This document shows positions 23,903 through 36,529 of a DNA stretch of 64,000 nucleotides, piece by piece. The translations under genes were made by a program, and so were the position numbers. Under the pieces are notes generated by a model. The model saw only the letters and a list, made by a program, of their open reading frames with translations. It did no database searches and was not told the origin of the DNA. Origin of the DNA: Trichosphaerium sp. ATCC 40318 (Eukaryota > Protista > Tubulinea); NCBI GenBank assembly GCA_038496445.1, contig JALMLS010000455.1, forward strand, positions 868,001 through 932,000. The letters run 5' to 3'. The stretch's first letter is position 1. Every line of letters starts with the position of its first letter.

Positions 23903-24949
23903 ATGACATCAAAGCCTGGGCTATACTACCAAAGCAATATTGCAACCATTAGTATACTGGACATTCCACGCGACATTCAACGTTATATAACCACATTTAA
24001 TGAGGAAACGTTTAAAAAATATCACATGCTATCTAAACAAGCTTCAATGAACACCCAATACAATAAGAATCTTGAAAGAAATGGGAACTGGATAGAGTGG
24101 TTTAAATCAGGTAGAATACATAAACAGTATTTTTATGTTGATGGAAAGAAGAATGGTGTCCACAAAGAATGGACTAAGAGTGGACAGCTCCACAAACAAT
24201 GTGGATATGTCAATGATGGGCGTAATGGTGTGTGTAAATTGTGGTGTGAGAATGGAATGGTTGCACAAGCTATCTTTGTTGATGATATAGCGAATGGTGA
24301 ATTCAAACAGTGGTACCCATGTGGAAATTTATTCACAAAAAATACATACGTTAATAACAAAAAGAATGGTGAACACATAGAATGGCATGAGAATGGAAAT
24401 TTACTTAAACAATGTACCTACATTGATGATAAATTAAATGGCGATTACAAAGAGTGGCATGAGAATGGAAATTTGGTTAAACAATGTACATATGTTGATG
24501 ATAAAATAAATGGCAAGCATAAACAATGGTACAAGCTTGGTCGCAGGGAGTGTTGGTTTAGAAATGGTAAATGGAATGGAAGTTACAAAGAATGGTATGA
24601 TAATGGACAACTTTTGCAATCACGTCAGTATGTTGATGGTAACGGACATGGTGAAGTCAATTATTGGCATCCGAATGGAATATTATCCCATCAATATACT
24701 CTTATTCATGGTAAAAAGAGCGGTGAATATAAAGGCTGGTATGCTAATGGAATATTATCTTCACAATGGACCTACATTGACAATAAAATGAATGGTGAAT
24801 ACAAAGAGTGGCATGAGAATGGAAATTTGTTTATACAATGTACATACCTTGATGGTAAAAAGAATGGTGATTACAAAGAGTGGCAAGAAAACACACAGCT
24901 CCTAAAACTATGTGTATGTGAATGGCATGTTAAGATCAACACTATTTAG
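23903..24949 (+). CDS. Intronless F-box-like + MORN-variant (YwqK/MORN_2-type) repeat protein, copy A; last ~10 codons frameshifted
   Basis: SILDIPRDIQRYITTF then repeats of NGxYKEWHENGxLxxQCTY; a 2-nt loss in a TG run near 24910-24920 relative to copy B, whose stop aligns to 24960-24962. Confidence 0.88.
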   Translation: MTSKPGLYYQSNIATISILDIPRDIQRYITTFNEETFKKYHMLSKQASMNTQYNKNLERNGNWIEWFKSGRIHKQYFYVDGKKNGVHKEWTKSGQLHKQCGYVNDGRNGVCKLWCENGMVAQAIFVDDIANGEFKQWYPCGNLFTKNTYVNNKKNGEHIEWHENGNLLKQCTYIDDKLNGDYKEWHENGNLVKQCTYVDDKINGKHKQWYKLGRRECWFRNGKWNGSYKEWYDNGQLLQSRQYVDGNGHGEVNYWHPNGILSHQYTLIHGKKSGEYKGWYANGILSSQWTYIDNKMNGEYKEWHENGNLFIQCTYLDGKKNGDYKEWQENTQLLKLCVCEWHVKINTI

Positions 24950-25146
24950 TTTAGAAGAATGATAGCATTGCCGAATGTTGCCTGTTGTTTATAAAATTTA
25001 ACTAGCATTAAGCCATTTCCATTGTTTTTTTTCTGATAATTTGAAATGGAGCTTTTTAATAAAGTTGTCACTGAAGGTTAAAAGGACACCGAATAGGTTA
25101 CCTTGTATTTTACCTGATCTGATAGACATGACTCGCCTTCACAACT

Positions 25147-25213
25147 GCACCAAATCAAAGAAAGACATGCCTTGATTAATGATGGTACCTTTCTTTCATG
25201 AAGAAGTAGACTC
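25147..25213 (-). pseudogene. Short remnant of a copy of the GHL15-like gene
   Basis: Reverse complement matches 33285-33352 (TCTACTTCTTCATGA exact, then AAAGAA.G.TACCAT...TAATCAAGGC and GATTTGGT). Confidence 0.6.
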
Positions 25214-25570
25214 CGCCGTTGTCAGTTTTACCAAGTGGTATGCCGAACCCAAAGGCTGTTCCGCATGACGCTTATTGTCTTTTTTAATAAACGTATCCCT
25301 TAAAAGTGGCTTGTTTGACCAAAGGCTATTTGGAGAGCTTTTAATAGCGTAAATACACGTTTACATGTAGCGTTACATTGTACGATATGTCACGAGTTTC
25401 GTTTGCGATTGAGTTGATTAGAGCTCTAATAAACTATGTGACATGCTTGACGTGTTTACAACGTAGCGTAATACGTACTACGCGATTCACCGAGTCTGTT
25501 TCGCCGTTTGAATTTATTTTACTACAAAGTTGTTTCTGTTATTTCCGAAAACGTTTGGTGTTGTACCAAG

Positions 25571-27989
25571 ATGACTGATGATGATGCGGAGGTTGTAGAA
25601 ATGGTCAATCTCAATACTACAAGCAAAGATGGATACGCGGAAACACTTTTAAGCTCAACTATACAAAACAATGATAAATACGATGGCATTCGACTTGAAG
25701 ATGACGATGAAGGCGTAGATATCGAGTTGGCACCTCGCTCGTACAAAAGTCAATGTACTTGGTCATTAGTACCTGTAATCGCCGTTTCCGTGTGTGGAGG
25801 GCTCCTTTTCGGCTATGATATAGGTATTTAAAACAGTATACAATTAAAAGCTCTAAATTCACTATAGGTGTCATTGCTGGTTCTCTTCCGCGTCTAAAGG
25901 TACGGAAAAATACGTATTCGTATACTTCACGCGAAATGTCGACAGTTTGAGTGACCTATTCAACAAAATAAGAATTTTTTTTTTATTGATTGCAAGTTTC
26001 TTCTTTAGGACGTGTTCAATCTCTCGACGCTTGAAAAAGAATTAGTTGTATCAATGATGGTATTTGGTGCTTTTTTCGGATCTATAAAAGGTAAGTACAT
26101 CGCGTGTTTTTGTCAGAGTGAGCACGTGATTACCAAATCAATAAACGTTTTTTTTCCTTTTTTTTTTGAAGATGTTAACTCTTTTTTACTAATATAGGCG
26201 TTTTCATCAATGATTTTTTTGGTAGATGGTATGCAGGTGTAATAACAGCGTTATTATACATTGTTGGGTCTTCGGTATGAATTCTCAGCTTCCTTCTTTG
26301 GGACCTTTTTTGGGAAAGCTAATATTGTTTAATTAGATCATGGCTTTCTCTCCTATAGGCACACCGGCGTATTTGATGGTAGGTCGACTTGTTATAGGCT
26401 TTGCTGTTGGCATAGGTACGTTACTATTCTTCGCTCTTCTACTTATTTATTGTCGGGAATAATGTCATTTTTTTACTTTCATTTTATTTGCTGTTGCTTT
26501 GTCTATAACCTTTAATTTGTATTCAGGGACGGTCACTACACCATTGTATATATCTGAAATATCACCGAAGGCATGGAGAGGATCTTTGGTATCTCTGAAC
26601 GAGGTACATTTTTACTTTGATAAATGGCTATTGATATTTGTTTTTCGCGCAAAGCTTGTCATCGTACTTGGGATATTGACGTCTTTCCTATTGAACTATG
26701 CGTTCATCAAATATGAAAGAGGCTGGAGACTTGTATATAGCATTGGTATAATTCCAGCCTTACTACAAATAGCAGGTATCCATGAAATGTTTTTTGGAAA
26801 AACTTGAGTTTTTCATTTCAAGTTTGTTTACCTCCTTCCTGTAGGTTTTATATTCCTCCCTGAAAGCCCAAGGTGGTTAGTTTATAAGAATAAAACGGAA
26901 AAGGCATTAAAGGTTATGAAAAGACTCAGGCCTAATGGCGAAGGAGAGGAAGAAATAGAAGAAATAAGTCGATCTCAACACTCAGATTTTAACAGTCTTA
27001 AAAAATTAGCGTTAGTCTTTTTCCTCTTTATATTCGCGATCTCTATATGCCTTACAGCTTAATATTAGATCTCTATTCTCAAAAAAGGGCTATAGACAGT
27101 TTATTCTAGCTGTAGGATTAGCTGTGTTTACACAGGTAAGTTTATGGGTTTTTTTTGTATGGCATGATTAATTGACTTTCAGGCTTGTGGTCAACCAACT
27201 GTGTTGTACTACTCAACTACAATAATCGAAACTCTGCCTGCTTTAAAAGGCGCATCTTTACTTGCTTCTCTAATACCAGTAACAGCAAAGGTAAGTCTTG
27301 AGGTAATAAGTAAAAGAGACTTAAATACAAAGTAGTTTTTTGCGACGTTTATTGCAATTTTTTTGGTAGACAAGCTTGGACGTAGGATTTTAATGCTGTG
27401 TGGAAGCAGTACGCTGCAATATTGTCGTCTTTTGTCTTACAGTTTTTGTAGCATTTATGGTTGCTTCTCTTGTCACCATAGCTTTATCTTTATCATACAA
27501 AACGAGTGCAAGTGCTTACATGGCAATAATTGGATTATGTTGTTTTTTTATTTCCTTCGCTTTTTCTTTCGGACCTCTAACATGGGTCATATCATCAGAG
27601 GTATGCTCGTTTAATATTCTCAGTAACATTGCTAACTCATGTAAGATATTTCCACCAAGCTTACGTGCGGCTGGTATGGGTGCAGCAGGACTTGTTGGAT
27701 GGGTTGTTCATGCTATTTTGGCTCTTACTTTTTTATCAATGTCAAATGTACTGTCGATTTACCTCTTTACTGTTACTTATTTTACTGATTTTAGAGCATT
27801 GGATTGACTGGTACATTCTTGTTTTATGCTGCTATAACATGCTTTGCTTTTATATTCATGTTCTTTTTGTTACCTGAAACAAAAGGAAAGTCGTTAGAGT
27901 CTATTTCTAAAGAGTCATTTATTGTTCGTACAAACACATGTAAAAAATTGATTTGTTGTAAAAAATAACTACCACCACAAAAGCCCTAG
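25571..27989 (+). CDS. MFS sugar porter (GLUT/myo-inositol transporter-like)
   Basis: GGLLFGYDIGVIAG, GRLVIGFAVG, PLYISEISPKAWRGSL, LPESPRWL, VDKLGRR, GPLTWVISSEIFP, LPETKGKSLE motifs across many exons. Confidence 0.93.
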
Positions 27990-28493
27990 TGTTACAACAT
28001 TGAATGTGGAGGTTAAAGAGTCTACAACTTTCCCATACATTGCTTCAAATTCAGCTTAATCACTTCCAGTTTGTGTAAGCTACCACCAAAGAAGGGCGCA
28101 CGTGATAGGACAATGAACAAGTTAATATTTGATGTCATAGCATGTTATACATGGGCATCAAACAAGGTCATTTCGAGTCGCCACACCATTAAAAACAGCG
28201 CTCACGTGCTCATGGATACAAAAAATTAGAACAGAACATAGGTATTTTGCAAGAGCAACTTTGTACATGGCAAGATGGACAGTGTAAACAGAGGCATGGT
28301 GTTAATCTAAGCACTCAGCGGTATTATGTAAACAATGCTATCAAAGGACTACAATAGTTTCCTGTTGAACTTCGTTAGAGTTTATTGAGGGCTACATAGA
28401 AACTTTGGCAAGTTTTCATTTTTTTTAGCCGTTTAAGTTAACTATCGAGATTTTTGTGTATCAAGTGACTACTTTGTCGGTACACTCTCGAAA

Positions 28494-31400
28494 ATGGCCA
28501 CAAGTCATTCCGCCGCAAACGCAAAGGAAAAAAGGCTATGGCACGTGATATCATCATATTACAATACTAACATTTTGTTTTGTTAGGGAAGCTTGTAATA
28601 TAAACGATTTAACAGCTGTTAAGAAGTTACTTGATACTCCAGAGGGATTAGGTTTACTTGAATCAAAATACGAGACAAGAGAGTTATATGAAGTAACACC
28701 ATTGGGTATAAGTTCGTACGTCGTTATTATTATTTCTCACGTGTTACGAAGAGGTTTTTATTTTTTTTATTTTTACCCTTTATTTTTATCTTTTATGAAT
28801 GAATTCTTTGCTAGGTATAAAGGCCATCTTGATATTGTAAAGTTGTTATTAGCACATAACGCATTAGTAAACGCGGGAATAAAAGGAGGTAAAAATATTC
28901 TGTGTTTAGAAAGCGCCAATCCACAAAAAAAACCCAAATCATGATTTCGTAGTTGTTCTAACGCTTTACAAGGAGAGACTGCTTTTCTATGTGCATGTAC
29001 AGCAGGACATTACGTACAATGTGTCGATAAGAAGTAAAAACAAATACTAAATGGATTAACTAGGACGTGGCGAAGTTGTTGCTTGAGAGTGGAGCAAATG
29101 TTGATGTTAGAAAGTACAAAAAAAAATCTCCAAACAAAAGCAACGCTGTTTTCTCGATTTCTTTTCCCAAAAGAGGTTTTTATGGTTTATCCTTAGTTCT
29201 TATCATGTATTTAAGCCCAAACAAAACCACACCAGCAATACTTAGCTCACAGAATGGGCACTTGGATATAATATGTTTACTTGTTGAAGCCCACGCAGAT
29301 TTCTCTTTACAGAACCGTCATGGCGAAACGTGCGTTTATTTTTCTGCAGTATTATGCATATATAATATTTACAATTCTACACAGATGCTTATACAAAGCT
29401 GCTGAAAACGGTAAGAATACAACAAAATGACGCGTCAAAACTTTTTCTGCACCCAAAAATGATTCCTTTTTTTTTTTTTGTAATTATTATCTTATAGCGC
29501 TCTTTAGGTCATTATGACGTCGTTCATACAATATTAGAAGTACGTATTACTGGCTTATCACGTGTTTTTTAAGTATAATTTTTAATATTTTTAATAGGCC
29601 AACAGTGGTATTGTAAATACACCAGAAGGTTTGTTTTAGAAGTAGAGTCAACATCTGAAAAAATCTTGACATTATTTTGTTAACACAGAGGACGGCATGT
29701 GTCCGATTCACATTGCGGCTCAGGAAGGATACTCCAACATCGTAGCAAGACTCATACGGTAAGTAATATCCAGTCGTCAAAGTGTTTATTGCTATGATAG
29801 TTCTGGTGCTGATGTAAACCTAAAAGATCACGATGGTTCAACACCACTCGAGATGGCTTCATTAACAGTATGACACGTGATAGTTACGTTGTTTATTAAT
29901 GATCTAAGGGGCACTTACATGTTGTTGATGTTTTATTACTAGCAGGAGCTAATGTAGACTCTACTAATAACCAAGGTCATACAGCAATGTGGAAGGCAAT
30001 ATCTGGCGATAAAGTACAACAAAACGCATATTCAAGTCGATAACATTAACCATTCTTCAGACAAGTGTAGCGCTTCGACTAGCGTATTTAATGGATGCCA
30101 ACACCAACTGGACACCGTAAGCCAATTTTTAGTCACCGTTAAAGCGAGTATAGAGCATTAACGACTTTAAATCAAGATACATCGAACATGCTAGGCTTAA
30201 ACAAGTTTATGATGTAAGAGCGTTTTTGAGAAACTTAGATTTATCAAATGGTCTTGTTTCTAAAAATCCATGGGAGTTTTGCCCGAGATTGTATTATCTA
30301 CCTCAATGGAAACGCCATTATCAAGAGGTACACTTGAAAGAAAAAAACCTCAGTGTTGAGGTTTAATCAGTTAAGATGTCGCTTACCATTTTTTTCTTTC
30401 CACAGGGTCACCCTTTAACTACAGACTACAGAACTTTGGAATTGACATCTGAAACCCTTGCTGATTGTGAACCAGTACAATACGAACTTAAGAAAGTCAG
30501 AAACTTATGTGCGTGTGCGACTACGAACCACGTGATTTTTCACGTGACTACTTGAAAAAAAAAGAATATGAAGTTTTTGTTTACTTTTTTCTTATTTTTT
30601 GTTCAATTAGTGAATCAATTGGATGGAAAGGCATTTGATATTATTAAAGTAGTAGCAATAGATAATTCTGGTGTTGTTGGTAGATTCTCAAATGCATTGA
30701 ATACTTTAGCTGATAGATACAAGTACGTTTTTGCATCATTCAAAAGTATTCACAGAATATCGTTAACGATATTGTAGTAAGTTTCCTCTTCTATTTGCGA
30801 AAGACGATTGGCGATTAATGCAAGATGCTAAAGAAAGACAATCAACTATAGATGCTGTATCCAGCAAATATGATATACTACCTTGGAACAAGTCTGCGGT
30901 AGTAAAAGGTAAAACGCTGACTTGGTTTTTCTTTTCGATGTTTGCATTCTTATGTTCTATTTGTAGTGCTTCCTACTATACATGCAACGAAAGAAAGTGT
31001 AGTACCAGCTTTATGCAGCGGAGGATTTGGCACGGTTGCTTCAATGGGTACCCACCAAACTGTTTATTCGCAATTTTTTCTCGCTTGTTAATACTAACGT
31101 TTTATATTAGATCCTGGATGGTACTCCTCTTTGGTTTGCTAGTTCGTTCTACTTACCAGTATATATTAGGTTCGGGCAAGGTATATATTTTACGACAAGT
31201 GTTCGATACGCTGCAAAATACTCTACTGAGACAATCAAAGGTAAAAGGAACAGAAGTTTGTTGCGAGAAAAAAAACCTTAAAACCTTTCTTCGAACTCTC
31301 TTACTAATTGTCTTATTTTAGCTTGTGTTGTTTGTTTAAATGTACCTGGTAATATTTTTCCTGTAATTGAAGATCCTTTCGGTAGAGAATCAAGGATTGG

Positions 31401-32461
31401 GGAACCTATACGTGCAGGATATCAGTCACATTATGCAAGAGGTAAAAAATCTTACAATCAAATAATGACTGGTTTTTTTTCTCTTAATTGTTTCTTACTT
31501 TACTATTAATAGTAAATAAAAACGGACGTCCTCAATTAAAAAAAGGCGAGACAGTATATGATGAACTTGTTATTGGACAAGGTATGAGGGTGTAATGAAG
31601 AATTTAAGACGAGAAAAAAAGTTCGGAACTTTTTTTTTTAACTTGTTTTCAAGATGCACAAGCTGTCCCAAAATATGTTGTTTATCTCAAAGCAAACCAA
31701 AATCGCTTGAAAACTAATCCCAAAAAAGAACGAAAGACCAGAAAAAAGGTACATATAAACTACATTTCTACAAAACTTAAAAAGAAGAAAAGTAATGTTA
31801 TTTAGAGGCGAAAATCCGCTCAAATGAAGACCACTAGTACTGAAGATAACGACCCAGAAATAGCTAAAGCTGTTAAAAAGGCAAAGGAGGTTGCTTCAGG
31901 TAGTGAGCTAAAGTCAGAATCAAGTAGCAGCAAAAGTAAAAGTGCGTCTCACCTTTTCTTGTTTTTTTCGTAAGTCTCGAGACAAAAAAAGTTAACTAAT
32001 CTACAGGACGACCAAAGAAACTTTCACCTCCCAAAGATACAGAAGAAACGTCTCTTAACTCTGAAGAAGACTCAACTGTATCAGAAAAAGACGAATTCTC
32101 CGATGACGATGAGGACAAGTTTCTAAAAACAAGAACTTTATGGGGTCAAACAGCTACTGGTGCTTTTAAGTCTAGGACAGAGAAGCTGTATGAAAAAATT
32201 GATAAACTAGAGGTACGTTATTACTTTTAACACTTTTGGGTTATTCATGTAACCCAATACAAGAAAACCATGACCTCTGGATGTCAACGATTAACCACAA
32301 ACCAAAACTTTTATCTAAAAAATCAATCCTTTTTTTTTTATTTGTTCGAACGTTTGTTTGTGTTTATGCTTACTTTTGAAAAGGGAACAATATCAACTTT
32401 ACAAGATGAGATTACAAAACTCCGTAAAGAGAATGAATCTCTAAAACAACTCAAAGACTAA
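28494..32461 (+). CDS. Ankyrin-repeat + PARP-like ADP-ribosyltransferase protein with acidic/coiled-coil tail
   Basis: Ankyrin repeats (GHLDIVKLLL..NALVN, GHLDIICLLVEAHAD, GADVNLKDHDGSTPL); spliced ART core LPTIHAT...DPGWFGQGIYFT...GYQSHYARV...YDELVIGQDAQAVPKYVVYL. Confidence 0.85.
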
Positions 32462-32737
32462 TAATAATAAAGAGAACAAATTTAATCGAGTGCTGTTCTA
32501 GTAGTGTTAAAAAGTCGACGGACATACTTTCGGGTTGTGTCGTTTAACATCACTGTTCTCTACAGAAAGGGTTTTATGTCAGCAGGTTATTAGTATTTGC
32601 TGGTCATTGCAGAAGTGCTAATGTTATCACGTGTTTTCATATTCAAAAATCCTTTTTCATTAATACCTCTTTCCGCAAAATTACTTGCGAGTTTAACGAA
32701 CAGGACAAACTTAAAAGAAACGCCTATCTGTAGAAGA

Positions 32738-34509
32738 ATGCTTGTTCTTCGTCACGTTTTTGTACTCATCGCTTTATTATCTGCCATGGTTTGCTGTAGG
32801 GAAGAACCAACTCTTAAAAGCTTTCCTGAATTCAGTTGGGACACTGTCCCCGTGTTTTACCATTCACAAAACTCAACAGGACCAATGCCAGAGTCAGAAG
32901 TAGATTATATAACGTACGGAAAAGTATGGGTGATTTTCACGCTAACACACGTGACAGACGGTTTCCGTTGGTGACGTTTGAGAAGGCTACATCAGGTAGG
33001 TACCCACCGGTCGGTACAGGGGCCGAAAGTACGCACTAGAAAAAGAAAAGGAGAATAAAGATGAAAAGTTGTTCCGCTTACTAATTCTCCTTTTCTAAAG
33101 AGAAAATCGTTGCTGCAGCGAAGCAAATTAAAATGAAGAAGCCGTCAGTGAAGGTACTATTTTATTTAAACTCTGTGATGGATTGGGAGATGTATGACTT
33201 GCATACGTATCTTCAACAAGTACGTTAAACATTGAAAGAAAAAAACACCGAGAGATTGTTTCCTTACCTGTGCTAGCATGAGACTCTACTTCTTCATGAT
33301 CAAAATGGAAAGAAGGTTACCATTTTTAATCAAGGCGTATTCGATTTGGTACGATGATCACGTGACTTTTTTTTTCTCACTGTAATCTTAGTCACAAGCA
33401 GAAATGAGGTGCTTTGTATCTTGTTCACTTGAACATACTCTAACAATACACCAAGAACGCTCTGGGTAAACGTAGTTAAAACCGCTAAAGAATCAGGATA
33501 CATAGATGGTATATTCGCAGATCGTGGTACTGCAAATGGTACGTGAAGAAAAAATTACAATGTCATTTTTAAGTGAAACAAGTTACCACAATGACAGCTT
33601 TTGTAATACAACTTTTCGCTACAAATATGTTGCTACATGTTACGTAAATATTAAGAATCTTTTGTAACGTCAGTTTATTACAACTTGTTTGTTATCAAAC
33701 AAGAGGTGACAGTCAAATACTGTATCAATGTACTAATTATTGCTTTGTTTTTTAATCTCTTTTTTTTAGCGGCTTATGGTAACCTTACAGAAACGAAGAA
33801 GGCTGCATTCATAAAAGGGCATGGTCTTCTACTTCAAGAAGCCCAAGAAGTTCTTGGGAAAGACTCTGTACTCATTTCAAATAACCAAGATTGGGATGGA
33901 ATAACAGGAAGAATGTTCGAAAACTTTGGTGCTACAGACTATGATCATCCAAAGTCTTGGCTGAGTGTACGCTTCGTTTACCTTCAAAAATCCAGTAGGG
34001 TGTCTTTTAAAATCACTTGCCTTAACCTCGAGTTATTTGAGATGTTTGATGCTACATACAGGAGACTAAAGTTACAAATAGGACATTGAAACATTACAAA
34101 AGGAAGCATCTGCTAACCGCATTGCTGAAGTTCATGGAGAGCCTTGTACATCTGAAAATTTTAATAATACACTTGCTGGGTTCCTTGTAGGAGCAGGACG
34201 TTATTCTTACTATGGATGCTCTACTGGTTGGACAGACACATCAGGTGCAAAAGTCATCTTAGTTTTTGAATATATTGACTAATATATTTCTAAGGTTGGA
34301 ATATTTGGTATCCAGAGTATTCTAAACCTCTTGGAGAACCTCTTGGAGATGCAAAGAAAGTAACAAATGGTGATATAGTAACTTTTTCTAGAAGTTTCAA
34401 GTCTGGCACTCATGTAACCTTCAAAATTAACACAAAAACAGAAACGGTTACTCCTTGTATTTACTGGTCTGACGGAACGTTTACTGGTTCGAATTCTTGC
34501 ATCGCATGA
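32738..34509 (+). CDS. Secreted putative glycoside hydrolase (GHL15-like TIM barrel)
   Basis: Signal peptide; FPEFSWDTVP, FPLVTFEK, KVLFYLNS, DGIFADR, RMFENF, LAGFLVGAG, WYPEYSKPLGEPLG, FSRSFKSGTHV. Confidence 0.8.
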
Positions 34510-36240
34510 ACCTTTTCGGCGCCCCTTTAACCTTCAGCGACAATAAATAAAACCTCCATTCACCACAAAGGCTCCATTTCAAAAAATAAAATAGCGATGG
34601 AAGCTGTTTACACGTGATTTGCAAAGAATTTGCAACATTTTAACTTCATGTTTAACCTGAATGATTCGTACACACCTTAATTGTTTTACAATAATATTAC
34701 GCTATCTCTATGTACTCTAATACAACATTGCTCATACTAAGTAATTACTTTAATGCAAGTTAAATTATACAACTAGTAACAACACTCAGCCTTGCTATCA
34801 TTCTTCTAAACTAAATAGTGTTGACCTTAACATACCATTCTTATACACACATAGTTTTAGGAGCTGTGTGTTCTCTTGCCACTCTTTGTAATCACCATTC
34901 ATTCTATCATCAAGGTATGTACATTGTTTAAATAAATTTCCATTTTCATACCACTTTTTATGCTCACCATTCCTTTTACCATCAACGTATGTACATTGTT
35001 TAAACAAAGTACCATTCTCATGATACTCTTTAAATTCACCATTCATTTTATTATCAATATAGGTGCATTGTGTACATAATATTCCATTCTCATTATACTC
35101 TTTATATTCGCCATTCTTTTTACCATGAATAAGGGTGTATTGATGGGATAATATTCCATTCTCATGCCAACAATTGACTTCACCATGTTCCTTACCATCA
35201 ACAAACTGAAGTGATGATTTAACTTGTCCATTGGCATACCAGCCTTTGTAATTTCCTTCGCGTTTATCATTTCTAAGCCAAGACTTGCTACGAAGTTGTC
35301 CATTCTCATACCATTTTTTATGTTTGCCATTCTTTTTACCAGCAACATGTGTACATTGTTCTAACAATTTTCCATTCTCATGCCACCTTTTAAACTTACC
35401 ATTCCATACACCATTGATGTACCCACATTGTTTATGGAGCTGTCCGCTCTCATACCATTGTTTGTAGACACCATTCTTCTTTCCTCCAACACATGAATAC
35501 TGTTTATGTATTCTACCTGATTTAAACCACTCTATCCAATTCCCATTTCTTCTAAGATTCTTATCGTATTGGGTGTTCATTGAAGCTTGTTTAGATAGCA
35601 TGTGATATTTTTTAAACGTTTCCTCATTAAATGTGGTTATATAACGTTGAATGTCGTATGGAATGTCCAGTATACTAATGGTTGCAATATTGCTTTGGTA
35701 GTATAGCCCAGGCTTTGATGTCATTGTTGATTTTCCTTCAAACTCATATTAGTATTGCCACTTCATTTAGGCGAGTACAAAATAAAATGGTTTGATTACG
35801 GATACAGGTAATAAGACAGCTCTTTTCAACTATCATTGAACCACTCCCAAAGCGATTTATCCGGTTGATTGATTTAAACGCGATCCGAAAGGTGAAAAAA
35901 AAAGTAATTTGAAATTTCAGAATTTTCGACGTGTGCATTGATTTGTCGTAAACACGTGATTTCTTACAAACCCGATTCTTGGTGCAAACCCCTTTCGAAT
36001 CACCGGTAGTAAGTTGTCAAAACTGGTTGCTAAATACTTAGGGAGCGGTTCAGACGTAGGTGTGAAAAAAAAAGATTAGCTTCAAACCATTTTGTTTTAT
36101 ACATCCCTAACTTCTTTCTAAAACTCTTGCGTGCCTGTAGACATATATTTACGTAAAACTTGGTGTTATTGCCAAGAACACTTAAACAGCTGGATGCACA
36201 GTACTGTAGGTTATAGTGGTTTTTCACGCACGTAATTCTC
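34510..36240 (-). repeat. Inverted segmental duplicate of ~22500-25100
   Basis: Gene B, 3' flank (GAAATGGAGC...GAAGGTTAAA..GG..CCGAA) and promoter blocks (CTACAGGCACGCAAGAG, AAATGGTTT.AAGC, CTGAACCGCT) are homologous in inverted orientation. Confidence 0.8.
34798..35724 (-). CDS. Intronless F-box-like + MORN-variant repeat protein, copy B
   Basis: First ~75 aa almost identical to 23903-24949; repeat region diverged and 40 aa shorter. Confidence 0.9.
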   Translation of the reverse strand: MTSKPGLYYQSNIATISILDIPYDIQRYITTFNEETFKKYHMLSKQASMNTQYDKNLRRNGNWIEWFKSGRIHKQYSCVGGKKNGVYKQWYESGQLHKQCGYINGVWNGKFKRWHENGKLLEQCTHVAGKKNGKHKKWYENGQLRSKSWLRNDKREGNYKGWYANGQVKSSLQFVDGKEHGEVNCWHENGILSHQYTLIHGKKNGEYKEYNENGILCTQCTYIDNKMNGEFKEYHENGTLFKQCTYVDGKRNGEHKKWYENGNLFKQCTYLDDRMNGDYKEWQENTQLLKLCVYKNGMLRSTLFSLEE

Positions 36241-36529
36241 TAAATGAGACCAGCATGGACTAAAGTATTTTTTTGTTTTGTACTTTGTTATTTTACGCCA
36301 CAACTACGTTTGATGTAACCCACTGGGTTCACATATGCGCAAATAAAATCGGTGTGCTGTTTTCGGGTACAATTAAAAAAAAAAGAGAAAACTAAATGGG
36401 ATTTCGCTTTAGTGCGGGTTTTGTTCATTCTATGACCGTGAGAGCATTAATATACGTTTTTGCCTACAAGGTAAACATGTAACTAAGATATATTGGGCTG
36501 AAAGTGAAATTTTATTAGTTGCTGTGTCC

